Below are positions 38,526 to 52,536 of a DNA stretch of 64,000 nt, in pieces. The position numbers and the translations under genes are program-made. The notes beneath the pieces are model-generated. The model ran no database searches. It had not been told where the DNA came from and worked only from the letters and a program-made list of their open reading frames with translations. Where the stretch lies: contig RHPI01001715.1 in NCBI GenBank assembly GCA_009103225.1, positions 186,001-250,000 on the forward strand. The letters are read 5' to 3'. This DNA is from Chlorokybus atmophyticus (taxonomy: Eukaryota; Plantae; Mesostigma and Chlorokybus algae). Each line of letters begins with the position of its first letter. The stretch's first letter is position 1.

Positions 38526-41230
38526 CGGAGCCAGCTGTCTTCTCCAAGCCAGATTGCGTCAGACCCCAGCCCAAGCAGACCAGCTGATCACCTGCAAGTC
38601 ATACACGAGCGGACCAGACGCACAGCAACGCAATTAAGGCCAGGTGGAGGCAGCTACGGGCGGCAAGCTCAATGCTCATAGACCAATGCTGGCCTCTTTT
38701 TCCGTCTTCTTCTTCTCCTCCAGTTCCTCCTGCTAGTCCCGGCTGGCTGTGTGGGAGGTGCAGGATGCACACTGAAAGCGGAAAGCCAGCCCATGCTTAA
38801 GAGCAGCAGCGCCGGCGCCGTCACATCAAGCTTGAGCAACCAGCTGCAGCGTGAGGAGGCCAAGCATAGGTTGCTTTGGCGTCGTTCGAGCGTTGTCCGC
38901 CGGAACCCTTGCTGTTGATGATGATGTGACGGCCGCCGGCGCGTGAGGCGATGCTGACAACGACAACCTCAAGCACGAGGACCAGCATGCACAAGCAAGC
39001 AAGACGTGCAAGCGTGCTGGTGTCTCGGCGATGTGACACTTGAGCCGGAGGGAGGGTGCCACCAAGCTGCTTCGCCCTCACCGTTTTGTGTCGCTGCCTG
39101 GGCCCAAGTTCGGAAGTTCCAAGCGCTGCAACTTCCAGTATAGAGGGTCGTCCGAGACGACGACTCGTCCCTCATAACCTACCTTGGGTGGTGCTACCTT
39201 GGGTGGTGTGACACCACTAGTGTGACACCACTGTCAATTACACCGTGTACACCACCAATTGTTGTATCACGCGTGGTCTTCAATGCACCCTTGAATGTTG
39301 CAAGCGCACCTTTGGTCTTGTGAATATCAGATAATACAACTAATAAAGATGGATATTGTATGATGTAATATTTATATTATCAAGTTGTATGAGATTGTAC
39401 AGCATATTTTCATGTGGCGTTGCTTGTCTACAGGGGAACTCATGGTGGGCATGGGTGTGGCTGCTGCAAGCTTTTGGCGACCTTGGCAAGCTTATCTACT
39501 CATGATGATGTTTTGTGTTGGCTTTTTTAGAGGTTTGAAGCAACGCGTTTTTTAAGAATGTGTACATGCAATTGTTATGATATTATAGTTGCGTGTACAC
39601 GCCAAGTTTGTTAATTATATATATACACATATAAATCACAACATCTGCACATGTTTAATTGTATTTTTTGGGATACAATGGTTATCGTTTACATCGATGT
39701 GATGTTTGGACTGCATGCTTAAAGACACCAAATTACATGTGTAGCATTTGATACCACGTGCATAATGACCAAATGTACATTATGTATAAATTCTAATGAA
39801 GCGCATCATGATATTGATACCTGTGGTTTTTGGTTTAACAAGTACTTTACATATTCGTATACGTTGTTGTTACGTACCTGTTTTCAATCATGTGAAGTCT
39901 GATTATAGGTTATGACAGATATACTTTCTATGGATGATATCTATTATTTGATAGCATTCATACAAATTTATGCATGAAGCTAATGTGTGCTTAAGCACAA
40001 CTTTGTATCTGCCATATTATTTGGCATGTATATTGTACAAGATACACAACTTACAGCACATGCGGTGCTATGCTATTATGGCCAATTTGCATTGCTTAAT
40101 TCAATAGTCAAAATACATGTAATATGCTATGTGCAACATGATGTGTTTTACATAACGTATGCGATAATCTTTGGCTGAACAGAGTCATCATGTAACATGC
40201 AATTTGTATGAAGCCATGCAACGCACATCACACTTAAACCCAGCCTCACGATGCATAAACTATTGGAAAGCCCATACTATGCATGGGCAATTGCATATCG
40301 CATGGTCTATTACAGATTTTGTAAAAACCTATCTACACAACAATGCCCATAATACCACCGCTAGCGCATTACACCAGCAACCTTGCAACATGTTTTCCAC
40401 ACCAGAAACTCAGAAGAGGGAATTCATTAAAGTGTACGGGAACGCCCTGCAATAATAGCATCCAATGGTGCACGTACACTTTGCACAATGTTACACTTTG
40501 CACAATATATGTATCGTAGGCATGCACAATATATGTATTGTAGGCATGCACAGTCACAAGTTACCAGGCACAAGGCATGCACGCTAGCAGGCGCAGACAG
40601 ACGACATCCGGGGCCTACGCTAAATGCGGTATGTGTATTAAGTGTGAAAATGTGGCGGGGCAATAGGAAGCAGAAGCAGCTGCAAGCAGTAGCTGAAGGA
40701 CAAACCGGTAGTACAGCGGCTGCATGACGCAAATGATGGGCAGGTAAGTCATTAGATTGGCGGGTTGATTGTCAAGATAATGCACATGGCATGACAGAAT
40801 TGAGGTACCGTAGCGGGCCATGCGACATCAATACGTAGATGCTAAAGGCGTGCTCCTTGTCACAACTCCAACTTGTATTATAATTGGCACTGCAATGAAG
40901 AGCTACTCACTTGCAGTATGAAACGTTGAGCGCATGCGGGTGCCATGATCCCAACATGAGGCCGCATACCCTTGAGTAACATTGTAAAACCGTCCGCCGC
41001 ATACAATGAATGCAGCCAACACAGGTCAGCGCGCCTTGAGCCTTGTGCAGCAATTTTTTACAATGCCACACGTACACGTGTGGTGACAATCACTAGCACA
41101 CACAAGTATCAAATCTAACCAACAAATCTAATAAACCAAAGTGTCACACGTGGAAAGAAGTTACCGCATAAACAGCGCATAAATGGCTGAAACTGAAATG
41201 CTGCAGTCTGCCATACTGGCGCATACAAAG

Positions 41231-43080
41231 CTATGAATGCCGTTGCTGGAAGTCTTGCATCAGCTCAATCAGCTTGTCAACTCCAGCAACAGGCATAGCA
41301 TTGTATATCGATGCGCGCACGCCTCCCACAGAGCGATGGCCCTTCAGGGAGGACAGGCCAGCCTTGGAAGCTTCCGCAAGGAATGCCTTCTCCAACTCAG
41401 GGGTTGCCATGGTGAATGGCACATTCATCATGGAGCGCACTTCTTTTGCAACGGGGCACTTGTAAAAGCCGTTGCTGCCCTCAATGGCATCATACAGCTT
41501 CTGGGCCTTGGTCTCATTGATCTTCTGCACTGCCTCGATGCCACCTTTCTTCAGAAGGTGCTCAAATACGAGGCCGCAGGTGTAGATGCTGTAAGTGGAA
41601 GGCGTGTTGTACAAGGACTCGTTGTCCGCCATGGTTTTGTAGTCCAACATGACTGGCGTGTACGGCCGAGCTTTGCCCAGCAGGTCGTCGCGCACGATGA
41701 CCACTGTGACACCAGCTGCGCCAATGTTCTTCTGCGCGCCAGCGTAGATGATGCCAAACTTGGACACGTCAATGGGCTTTGAGCAGAAATTTGATGACAT
41801 GTCAGCCACCAAGCACTTGTGCTCGGGATAGTCCTTGAACTCAACACCCTGTATGGTCTCATTCGCGCAAATGTGCAGATAGGTAGCATCTGAGCTGAGG
41901 TTCCATTCGCTCTTGGGCGGGATGTTGGTGAACTTGCCAGGCTTGCCAGTGGCAACAACATTTACCTACAGCCAAGCAACCAAGTCAGTAACGGTGGAAG
42001 CATATGAGTGCGAGCGCACACACGCATTCATACATGCACCCGCATGCACACATGCGCGTGGGTGTACGAGGGTGCAAAGGCACGCGCGTACATGCATGCT
42101 ACGCCTGCGTGCTAAGATACACGCACACACTCGCATATGCACCCATGCACACTCGAACACAAACATACAAGCACACAGACATGCAAGCTTTTGAAGAACC
42201 GAGCACCTTGCAATACTTGTTTGCCTCCTCAACACCCTTAACACTCCACGAGCCGGTAACAAGGTAATCCACGGTGTCGTCTTTGGCAGTGATGTTGAGG
42301 GGAACAGCGGCGAACTGCGTGGTGGCGCCGCCCTGCAGGAACAGCACCTTGTAGTTGTCCGGAATGGACAACAGCGTGCGCAAGTCCACCTCCGCCTTCT
42401 GAATGATGGAGGTGAACTCCTTCCCCCTGTGGCTCATCTCCATCACGGACATGCCGCTACCTCTCCAGTTGAGCATCTCCTCCTGCACATGCATGTGTGT
42501 CTCATCAGAGAGGTTCGTTGCTTGGTAAGGTGGCAACAGTGAAAGAACTGCAATGCTTGACATACTTTTCTGATTACTACGCACATGCCATGAGTAGCAT
42601 TTGCAGCCACAGAGCAAATACTAACTTGCGCATGACGCTATGCCACAGCTGCCCTATGGGCAGGGCTGCCTTTAGCTTGCCATTCAACGCAACGGCAAGC
42701 TGAAGGGCGGATAGACAACTGGCAAGTAGCGAAAAAACAGAAAATGCATGCTTTCTTGTTTGCATGCGTGCACCCACCTGAGCCTGTAGCAGCACTTCGA
42801 CGGGCAGGCAGGCAGGCCCAGCGGAGAAGTTGTACACGCGCTGGTGCTGTTCGTATAGGGCGGCGGTGTGAGCGTCGCTGTCGTCATCCCGGGAGGCGGC
42901 AACCTGCTCCCGCGGCGCAGCCACAGCACACCTGGTGATGGTTGCTGTTCTGTCCGCGGACCGCACCACCTTGGGCACCCTTACAGCCAGCGACGCTGCG
43001 CTCTGCTGCTTGCTGCTGCCCAGCTCAAGGCGAGAGCCGGTAGCATACCCACCACGCACGACCCGCGCCGCCGCCTGCAT
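41231..43080 (-). CDS. serC: Phosphoserine aminotransferase, plastid-targeted, 4 exons
   Basis: Transit peptide, [52 protein letters not shown] (PLP lysine) and [15 protein letters not shown]. Confidence 0.97.
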
Positions 43081-43683
43081 GGCTGCCAGCTCTCACCACC
43101 AACGCAACAGCCGCCGCTGCCGCCGCCGCCGCTTTGGTGCGTAACAAACTGCAGTAAATTGCGAATGTTGCAACGTTCTGTGGGTTTTGAGGAAACCTCC
43201 GTTTGTATTGGTGGTTTCGCATAATTGTGTGCACAAGGCGCACAAGCGGACTTGTGCATGTGTGTACGATCTCGTGGTAGAACGACGGCTCGCTGATCAC
43301 GCTGGACCCACCTAGGTGAGCATTGCATGGGTTCATGCATGCTTGTGCATGTGTGTGAGTGCGTTTACTCGGGATCAACAAAGATTTGAGAGGAGCAAAA
43401 TGAAGGACTGCCTAGACTTCAGGCCTTTTAGTCGGCGAAGTTGTGGAGCATAGCTTGTTTCAGAAAGGCTCCCAGTGCTCAAGCTGCTTGCCATTGCTGA
43501 TGGTCGTGCGTGTGATGAAGCACTGGCCGACGCAGTCCGTCAGGTTTATTCTAGGTTTATTCTTGTTCGTTGTGCATGAGCACAGTATTTGCTTAGGGGC
43601 ATGCGCCACACAGCTATGTTTCAACAATGTGCGCGTGGACGTTGCTTGCTTTCTGTAATGTTTCAGCAGTCATTATAGTGCAA

Positions 43684-45570
43684 TTAGCCGAGATTTGCCA
43701 GCAAAGCAACCAGGTCACTTATGGTCATTGAAAAAAGCATTTGAGTATGGCGCTGCGCTATGCGTGTGCACGCAAACTCCCAGCTGGTTACGTATGTGCA
43801 GCTTGTTATCACACTGTGCAACACACGCACTGTATCGTCAACAGCACGAACGCACTTTTGTGCAATGTTCCTCGAGGCTAACACTCCATACAAACTGCTT
43901 CGTGGCGTAAGTCAGGTCGCTCGTGCATGCGGTGTGTTGTCCAGACTAACATTGCTACTTCTCACACACATAGATGCAACATCTTGCTAGCATGTACAAT
44001 AGAAAAAATGTCGCTGAGGCTCCTACTCTGGAACGGATCAGCCTGTGCAGTACAGCTAAGCTAGACAACAGCCTGGAGCTACCCACGCTGTTGAGAAGCT
44101 ACACTTGCAGCTGTTGTTTGACGGATTGTGTAGTCAGGACATGTGTGCTTACTGCACCAGCTGCGCAGGGTGATAGTGATGACTGATGACAAGGCTGCAA
44201 CTACCAGGGACGGTTGTGATTGAGCCCGCCAGTGATGAAGATTACTGTTGTAATATTCCTCCAAGCAAGCCAGCACGTCAATCCGCGGCCAGCCACATAC
44301 ACAGGCCTGGCATTGGTGCTGGGGTCATTCGGTCAATCCTCACGCATGGCGCAAACTCAAGCGGCCGCGCAAGCAACGAGCTCAGGCAAATAGGCACCTG
44401 CAAAGCGCTTACGGGCATTGTAACTGCTTGCTTGCATGTTCCGGAAACCCTGGACCCCGCTTCAAGCGCTGCCAAGGTAGTGTTGTATGCGCAAGTCACG
44501 ATTGTCGCTGTTTTCACTTTTGATATGCTGTGCACAATTTTGGCTATGTAGTCGTCAAGTGCCTCTGCAGCTGTAGCTGCTTGCGAAGTTCGGCTGCAAG
44601 CACACCAACTCAAGTAGAAAGAACTTGAAGAGCATGCGTGTGATTATAAGTCAAGCATGTGTGCGTGCATGCACATATGTGCGTGCACTGTGGCATGCGT
44701 AGCATTGCGAGGGGATGTGCACACATATGCATATGCGTGCGCATGCATGTGGGCCAGCATGCGTATGTGGGTGCATGGGTGCATGCGTGACATAGCCAGC
44801 CACCTGACCTTGTGTTGACAACCAATGAGCCAGTAGCTAATTGATTGTCTAATGCTCGTCGCCCAACACCAGTGGGTGCCATCAGTTGATTTATCATGTT
44901 GCATGATATGTCTTGTTGTTCATCGGCACAGTCGTTTGGCTCTCCTCCGAAGGCTCGTGCGTTGTTCCATACATCCAGCACAGCGAAGCACAAGGACTCC
45001 ATTGCTGTGGCCGGCACTGCCACTGCTAATGAAGGTAATCGTCTCCAGCTCGGACCATCATGAATACAACCTTACTATCACGCTATGACATTTGCAGCAC
45101 AGAGCGTGACAAGTGACACTGCACTTCAACTCTCCTGTGAATGCAGCACTCGTCAACAACCGGAGAGGTCTGCATTTGTAAGTGTACACACTCGCATACA
45201 CATGGATATATGCAGACGCCCCACACGCCCCACACACCCAAACATACACGTTGACCCGTCCAGCAATTGGCGTACTTGTGGCAACTCAGCACGGCCCGAA
45301 GCGTACTTAATTCTTTCTTCATTCAAGGCCACTCGTACACGTTGCAACAATAAACTTTGCCATTTACTTTTGGTTCAAGTTCATGATGGAGGTGACGACC
45401 TCCGTCACGAGGGCTTCCTCGCAATCGAGGACGTCCTCCTGAGCCTGCTTGTCGCTGCCTGCAATGTTACTTTTGGACTGTTGGGTTTGCCGTTGGCTTG
45501 AGTGGACTGACGCAGACGGCCGCAGGCCGAGAGTGGTTGTCAGTGGCACTAACCGGCCGAGAGTTGTCAA
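43684..45570 (-). other. Unknown multi-exon gene or remnant (island ORF-A)
   Basis: Co-oriented minus-strand ORF pieces (45364-45570, 45153-45350, 44610-45023, 44278-44613, 43684-43893) separated by intron-like RY-rich tracts. No family recognised. Confidence 0.35.
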
Positions 45571-45939
45571 TCAGTTACCCTTTGGTCGATGTGCACAGAC
45601 GGCCGTTGGCCGGTAGTTACGGACAGCTGACAGAAATAGCCGGCAGCTTCTTTACCGTTACACTGCTGTTAATATGTGACCCTTGCCGTTTGACAAAAGT
45701 TGGCAATTCTTGCCGTAAGCCAACACCAACATGCCATGCAGCTTGTACAAACCTTGGACTGATTGTTTGGTCTTGCACCTAAAAGCCCACAATATATACA
45801 ATGTACGGGCAGTGGTGAGAGTATGTCCACTTACAACTGAGCAGCCGACTTGCGCATGAAACTATCCTATAACATTGAGTCTAGCTGTCGGACTCATGCG
45901 CAGCTTGTCAACCCGTGGTGCCTGCCTTAGAACTCCTCC

Positions 45940-46794
45940 TCAAACCCCCTCCTCCTGTTCCTCCTCCGACGAGTCTTCTGCTTCAACGCCGGAGTCATCT
46001 TCATCCGCTGCCTCGCTCGCTGACAGTACAGCGGCTACTTCGTCCTTCAGCTTGAATGTCAGCGCCTCGCCGTGCACGCGCATGCGCTTGATGGTCGCTT
46101 TGAGAGTGACCACCTGCATTTGGTAATGCTGTAAGAGTGGCGTGCTGCCAGAGGACTAGCCCATCAGCATACACATGCTTACCTCGTCTTCCGCTTTGTT
46201 GCACTCCGCCAGGCAGACAGTCAGCCTGCCGCGCTGCTCTTGGTTCACTCTGACCAACATGGCAATCTGCAAGCATACTGCTTAATTACCGCTGGAAACA
46301 TTAAACTAGGTCATAGATTACCCGTTCGTTTGACTCCGCAGCTTCTCTTTTGCGACTTGTGAGCTCCCGCAAGTAGAAATAGGCTGTGCATTTGCGCGAT
46401 TGGTCATGCTGTTCATGTGCATGACATTGGAGGTTGTGCATGAGGTTGTGCATGTCGTATTGACAATGTATGTCAAGTGCAAGATACTTGAGGCTGTGCA
46501 TGTGCAAGATAAAAGAACTCTAGCATGTGGCATTGACAGTGCATCGTAACCCACCTTGGTTATGCCAGTCTTGTTTCGTCCCTTCAATCATGTCGCCATG
46601 GTCGCAATGTTGGTGGGTCGGATTTTCTTACAGGCAGTATTGTGGTGTGTCTTTGCCCACTCGGAGGGGGAGCCCTGTAAGATATTGCCCGAGTCACTGT
46701 TGTCATTGGATGTGCCCTTGGTAGTCTTGGTGGGGTTTGACACCGAGGACACCCCTCCGGCACCCTGCCCGCCCTGTGCGAACATGGAATTCAT
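45940..46794 (-). other. Unknown multi-exon gene with acidic C-terminus (island ORF-B)
   Basis: Exons IAMLVRVNQEQRGRLTVCLAECNKAEDE|gtaagc and cag|VVTLKATIKRMRVHGEALTFKLKDEV...EDSSEEEQEEGV* (TGA 45940-45942). The start is uncertain. Confidence 0.45.
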
Positions 46795-46975
46795 CCCGGA
46801 CCTCGACCACAATGCCCACTACGCCCCTGGCAGCGCCGCCAACGATCTCCCAAACGCCACATACCCTTGGCATCACGCCCCTGTAAGGGCATAGCTTGGC
46901 GGAGCTATCAATGGTGTTTTCATGCGCAGGGGGACTGACATTGCCAGAGTTGTCAATGGTACGAACTGCCATTGC

Positions 46976-47146
46976 CATTGTACAAAGGTACCATTTCAAT
47001 GGTACCTGTGTACAATGCCTATACCTTTTGGCAAAGGCATCTTCGTACCATTGAAACGGTTCAATCAGAATATATATGTATATATAAATATTCAGAGACT
47101 CACCCTGGACGTGCAATGGCTCGATCGTACCATTATAATGGTACGA
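46976..47146. promoter_or_regulatory. Palindromic GTACCAT-N4-ATGGTAC sites in the divergent ORF-B/transposase spacer
   Basis: Hairpin cattgtaca-a-aggtaccatt-tc-aatggtacct-g-tgtacaatg (46976-47017) and perfect 22-bp palindrome tcgtaccattataatggtacga (47125-47146). Confidence 0.6.
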
Positions 47147-47220
47147 CGGAGCCAGTGACTGGCGGCCAAGTTTCCCGCCTCTGGCATGCAAGGGTAGCGG
47201 TAGCGGTGGCGGTGGCATGG

Positions 47221-50200
47221 ATGGCGGCGGCGGCGGCGGCGGCGGCGGGTGTGCGTGTTGCTGGATATGATGCAGGTTACATTGGCGACACCTGTGTCGA
47301 CGCTATTAGTGAGATATGGGAGTCCTTTCTCCGTTTTGCCATGCGCTTCGCCACACGCAGCTCGGTCTACATGCACATCATTAGCAGCAGGGTGTGCAAG
47401 CAAACCAAGCTGTATGTCGGCCAGCGTCCATTACAGTTCGATGCGGGTCATGTTGAACCGCGGAGTTCGATCCAGGATGCGCACATGCTTGATGCTGAAG
47501 GATTCCTCTAGGAGACACACGCACAGCAGCAACAGGAGGAGGAGGAAGCGAACGATGGCTTTGTGTGCGTGTGCCTGAGAAACCTGTGGCACGCCAACAT
47601 GGAAGTGGAGGCGTCCCTTCGCACGCGTCGGAATCAAGGTGGTATGGCTCGGAGCATGCTCTTGCAGTGGCATTCGTGCAGTGCAACAACGGCCAAGGCC
47701 TGTCGGCCTCCGACATGGGGCGGATCATCAAGTGCATCCGAAATGCACACTTCCTGACGGAAGAGCTCCAGTGGGAGACCGGTGTGCATGCGGCCAGCTA
47801 CCTCCGGACCACAGTTGCTTTCTCTCAGTCTGAAGTGTGTTCACGGTGTGCGGTGCATGTGCTTCAACCATCAGAGCCTTGTCACATATGCACATGCGAG
47901 TGTGCTGCCGTATCAGAACTACGTGACGGCTGACCTGCGCAAGCCTGGAGACCCTGAGGATCAGGACATCTGCGTCACATATATGCCGGCCAAGGTCTGT
48001 GAAATGCAGTACCTAATGCAGTATCGATGCAGTATCTATTCTGAGGCCAGCATAGTAAGTAATGCTCTTGGTCGGATCAGGTATGGCTCGCGCGGTTGTA
48101 TGGCAATCCACATGCCGCCAATGGCTTCAATCTCCAGTACACTGGTGACGAGCACAGCTTTGGCCATCCTTCCACGGGCGATTGGTGGAAGGATGTGGAG
48201 GTGGATTTGAGGAGAGAGGTGGGGGAAGCGTCCTACTTGGCGCCTGCCATTCTGTACAGTGACAAGACCACGCTGGACAGCGCGGGCAAGCGCTCTGGCT
48301 ACCCTCTGATGGCATCGCTTGCCAACTACAGTTGGGACATGTATGCTAGCAACATGGGGGTTGTTATGATAGCGCTTCTGCCGGTGGTTCACGCAGTGGC
48401 CGGGCATCCCACCTGGGCGCATGGCAAGGAATCGTTCTCCATTCGGAAACGTGAGATTTTTCATGACGCTTTGAATGTTGTGTTAGGGGATGTGAAGCGG
48501 GCGAGTTGGGAAGGTCTGCAGCTCATCGACCCGAATGGCATCGAGCGTCGTGTGTTTCCCGCGCTTGCCAACTACATCAGCGATTTGCAGGTAGTGGGCA
48601 TGAATGGTTGTAACCGGATGCAGCCCGCCAGCAAACAGTGCATGGAGGAAGTTGTCAGTAGACCATCTGAGTTTGTCGTGTTGTAGGAGACTGCCACACT
48701 CGCACGCACTGTGTCGGGCAACCAAACACGACATCTTTGCGATGTTTGTCTCGTCACCAAATCAGATCTGTTGGAGATGGATGAGGACCGGGAATTGAGA
48801 ACCGAGGCCTTCTACACACCAGCAATACGTCAGCTGCGGGCGGACCTGCATAGCGGTGTTAGGAATGCTTGCCACACAGCCAAGGCTTTCAAAGAGCAGC
48901 ACTCCATGCATGTCGAGGAGGTAATGGTCATATTACTGGCATTCGTGAGGATGAATGGCTTTCCGTGAAACCAGGCAATGTGGTTTGGCAACAGAATGCA
49001 CTGTGGGGTTGGCGACAGTCGCGGGTGCCGGGAGCTGACTGCTACTCTCGTCTTGCCCCTGACGCAATGCATGTGCTGGGAGGCATCATTGACCACCTGC
49101 TTGCTGCTGTGTACGACGCCGCGAAGGAACGAATGCGTCCATCCACGAGACAAATTCTGCAGGCCAGGCACGTCTTTGGTGTTGCTTTTGTGTTGAACAC
49201 AAAAGCCAACAACACGTGCTCACGAGCAGATGTGCACAGGCTGAATGCATGCAAAGCGACTCTGCGGGTTTCGCACTTTAAGGCACCCACAAGCACAGTA
49301 GATTTCTTCCTGTCCGACCACTCCTTTCAGGTGGTGGAGAAAGTGGCGGTGCTGCAGCTGCTGCCGGTCCTCGCAGACGGTTTGCTGCTCGACAGTGAGG
49401 GCAACGATTTCTTCACCATTGCTGCCGCATCGCTTGCCCAGTGGAACAAGAAGTTGCTGAAGGCGCATGAACACACAAGAGAGACCCTAACCGCAGCCGA
49501 CAACGAGCTGGCTGCCTTCAAAGCTGCAGTGCTGCATCCGCTACTGTCGTCATATTCTGCACAGAAGTCAGGTTGAAAGATCGAGAAGATGCATCAGCTC
49601 ACTCATTTTGGGCCGGCAATTGTCAGCAGTGGACACCCAGATTGGTTCAGCGCCAACCGCATGGAGCAGACGCACGCCCAAAATATCAAACGGTGGGCGC
49701 GTGGTGGCAACAACCGGGACTACCAGGCACGTATCCTGAAGGCATGGAGCTGTGCGGAATATGTGAGAGAGGATGGCATGGTCGTGGATCCCGAGATGCG
49801 CTCGGTCATGGCGCAGGCGCGGCAGCAGTGCTGTAATGTCATGGAGAAGACGGACAAGTTGCTACGGATGGATGTGCTGACAAGGAGGGAGTCCAGCCCG
49901 TACTGGAGCGGATCTGCGCGTAGCCGCCAAGTCGCCTTGAAGACTCCATTTGCCGACAAGCTGCCTGCCACCCTGGACAGCTGGTTGAGGAGGGAACAAC
50001 TGTAGTTAGCCGACGGGTGGCGTGCTGTTCGCGTGGTGAACGGAGGCGCAGCGGTGTACATGACATCAGGAGTCAGCATGGCGCGCGCAACTGGGATGTT
50101 CCATGGGCGGCCTTGGTTCTCTACACTTGAGTTGGAAGGTGATGAGGACGGTGTGAACGTGACGTGGTGGGCTCAGGCACTCCTTTTTCTGCGCGTGGTG

Positions 50201-50452
50201 GTGTGGGGTGGTAGCGGCGAGCGCGTGTGGAAGGAGGTCGTGTTTGTCCGCTGGTACACGAAGCTGGATGTGACGAGCGACACAAAGTGCATCGCTCTGG
50301 AATGGGAAAAGCGTCGAGGCGGTCCACATCTCGATGTCGTGACTCTGGAGCAAGTAAAAGGCATTGTCCAGCTGCTCCCCATGTTTGACAAGGACAGCGC
50401 CCGTGTACAAGAGGGCAAGTATTGGGTGAACGTTCACTGCACTTCCACGTGA
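47221..50452 (+). pseudogene. Plavaka-family transposase, spliced, with three in-frame stops
   Basis: Motifs GHPSTGDWW, APAILYSDKTTL, GYPLMASLAN, IFHDAL, DPNGIERRVFPALANYISDLQ|E...LCDVC, PDAMHVLGGIIDHL and KIEKMHQLTHF...NRMEQTH, plus a C-terminal RATG...WAQALLF...FVRWY...VQLLPMF...YWVN domain. Stops at 47509-47511 (TAG), 49574-49576 (TGA) and 50003-50005 (TAG). Confidence 0.82.
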
Positions 50453-50655
50453 CACATGTACTTGTTCCACTACTCTGAGTTTGGAGCATATCAGTCAGTT
50501 AGGCATTGCTAATTGTATGCTAAGACTTTTGCATGTGGACGTGCACAATACCGGGCAGCTGTCACTGCACAACTGTCACCACAAACGAATGATCCATGCA
50601 ACATTCAACAATCAGTCCGCCGTGTGGCATTAAGCATCAATACAGTGCACCACAC

Positions 50656-52376
50656 TTAAGCCTCATAGTACCATGACACAGGAGGGTAGTCACAGCGCAT
50701 ATCCATTGTTTCAAGCATGAGACGCCGTATGCACTCCGCCATTGCGGGAGGAACTGCATTCGATATGGAAACGGCCGAGGTCATCCATGGCACTCCCAGC
50801 GCTGTTTGCCACGCAGCAATGCCGCCCCTGGTGCTTGGAAGGCCATAGATCGGGTACATCTGCTGTGGCGCAGTTGATGTCACGATTGTCTTCTTCGCGC
50901 TAGCGGACAAGTGCGGCGATAGCAGTCCAACTGCCTTGCCCGCGTGCGAGCAGCGTGCTGGTGGGGTAGCTACCACTGGCTGTGTCTCAAACAGACGGTG
51001 TCGGAAAGTTGATAGGCCAAACATCGTGCCACAAAGGGACAAATTGGGTCTGAATGAGGAAGCTGCTCCTGGCACATTCTCAATCACAAACTGGACCTGG
51101 CTTGCAAGCAGCAGACGTCGGACGAGCGGCATCATATCCTGGTGTCTCTAGGATGTGCCATGTGCCACCCGTTGAGGTGCCGGGATAGCACCTGAATAGG
51201 CCTGGCATGGTGGACTGGCCCAGATGAGCTCGTACTCGCTCAGCTCTCCTGCACTCAGGGTGCATACATCGCGGTGTATGAAGGGCAGCGGGTACTCAGA
51301 GGAGGGACTTATGTCCATCCCGGTCACGTCAAAGCCTGCGTGGTATAGACCGACACTGGCACCGCCACCGCCGCAGAATAGGTCGAGTGCCCTTGGTCTG
51401 CGTGTGCGTCCCAGCTTGTTGTCAAATGGCGTGTATGTGGTCAAGGCTGGCCGTGGTGCTGGCCAGGGACTAACAATGATGCCGTCCGGGCTTACTTTGC
51501 GACTGACGTTCTCCCCTCCGGCGCGCAGAACATGGCGTGCCCCGTCAACTGATGTGTACGCGAATACGTTGTGCCCTTTGAAGTTGATGGTTTGTGGTCG
51601 ATCACCGTCATCGAATACTATACGGTGCTGCCCTGCAAAGACATTTTCCATTGCACCATGCATATATGATGCGTCCTCAATCTCGCACGCCACGAAGCGA
51701 TGCTGACCTGACGCTTGCTTGAATGATTCCACAACGCCCGCATACCATTCCCCATCCAGCGGCCAATGCACCATGACACTCACACCGATCAGCTGCTCGC
51801 ATCCCAACTTAACTGCGTTCCGCAGCCGATGCAGTGCGCTGTCCAACGGTTGATGGTCTGCCTTCTCTACAGCGGCCAGGGGATGGAATTGCCCATGCCC
51901 ACACCGTGCAAGACTGCTCTGAATGCGACAACAGCTTCAACATGCATGAAATAAGCATACGCCCAACATAACATGCAGTGATACGTCGCGGTCCACTCTT
52001 GTGGATTACCTCCACAGCATCCACCACCTGTCCACTAACCACATGTCCCGGTGTTGTCCATGTGAAGAAGCGCATGGGTTCCGCTCGCCACTCGAAGCAT
52101 GAGCGCGAGCACGATTCGCACACGCACGCAATGGAAAAACTCGGGTTCCTTGCACAGCACTTGGCCGAGGCGGCAGCCAAACACGTCGACATTGTGTGTG
52201 GTGTGATGCCAGCAAGCAGCACTAAAACCGTGGCACACTGTCTGCACTCGCTGGCATTCGGTCAAGTGTGCTCGCATTTGCTGCCTACGGCCATTGGCAC
52301 ATACGTACGCATTGCATTGTGGGCACACCAAGCATGGTCTCCTAGGTGAGGGTGATTCAACTGCTGCCGCCGACAT
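50656..52376 (-). pseudogene. Zn-finger / Tudor / phage-type C5 cytosine DNA methyltransferase, spliced, one in-frame stop
   Basis: Motif I LDLFCGGGGAS, IV WASPPCQAYS, VI VIENVPG, LCGTMFGL, VIII RHRLFE and X ISNAVPP. Upstream Tudor LIGVSVMVHWPLDGEWYAGVVESF...HRIVFDDGD contains a 75-nt GT-AG intron (51633-51707). TAG 51148-51150 splits motifs IV and VI in one frame. The 5' exons (CPQC...RAHLTEC) are tentatively linked. Confidence 0.85.
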
Positions 52377-52512
52377 CTTGCAATAGGAATCGGCACGGCT
52401 GCCCACAAACTGAGCGAGACTTTAGGGTATAGGCATCAATTGGGGGTTGCCAGCTTACGAACCCTAAATGGGTCAAACTTCAAGTGAAGCACGACTGTAC
52501 CTTATACGCTAT

Positions 52513-52536
52513 TGCAGTACCATGCATGGTACTGCA
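52513..52536. promoter_or_regulatory. Perfect 24-bp palindrome with GTACCAT-N2-ATGGTAC core, upstream of the DNMT gene
   Basis: tgcagtaccat-gc-atggtactgca, about 140 bp upstream of ATG 52376. Confidence 0.6.

Noticed and set aside
39179-39245. Short tandem motifs (ctaccttgggtggtg x2, gtgacaccact x2, CACTAGTG) at a GC-to-AT transition
   Set aside because: Could be a transposon end or footprint, but no matching inverted end or TSD was found; too weak to call.
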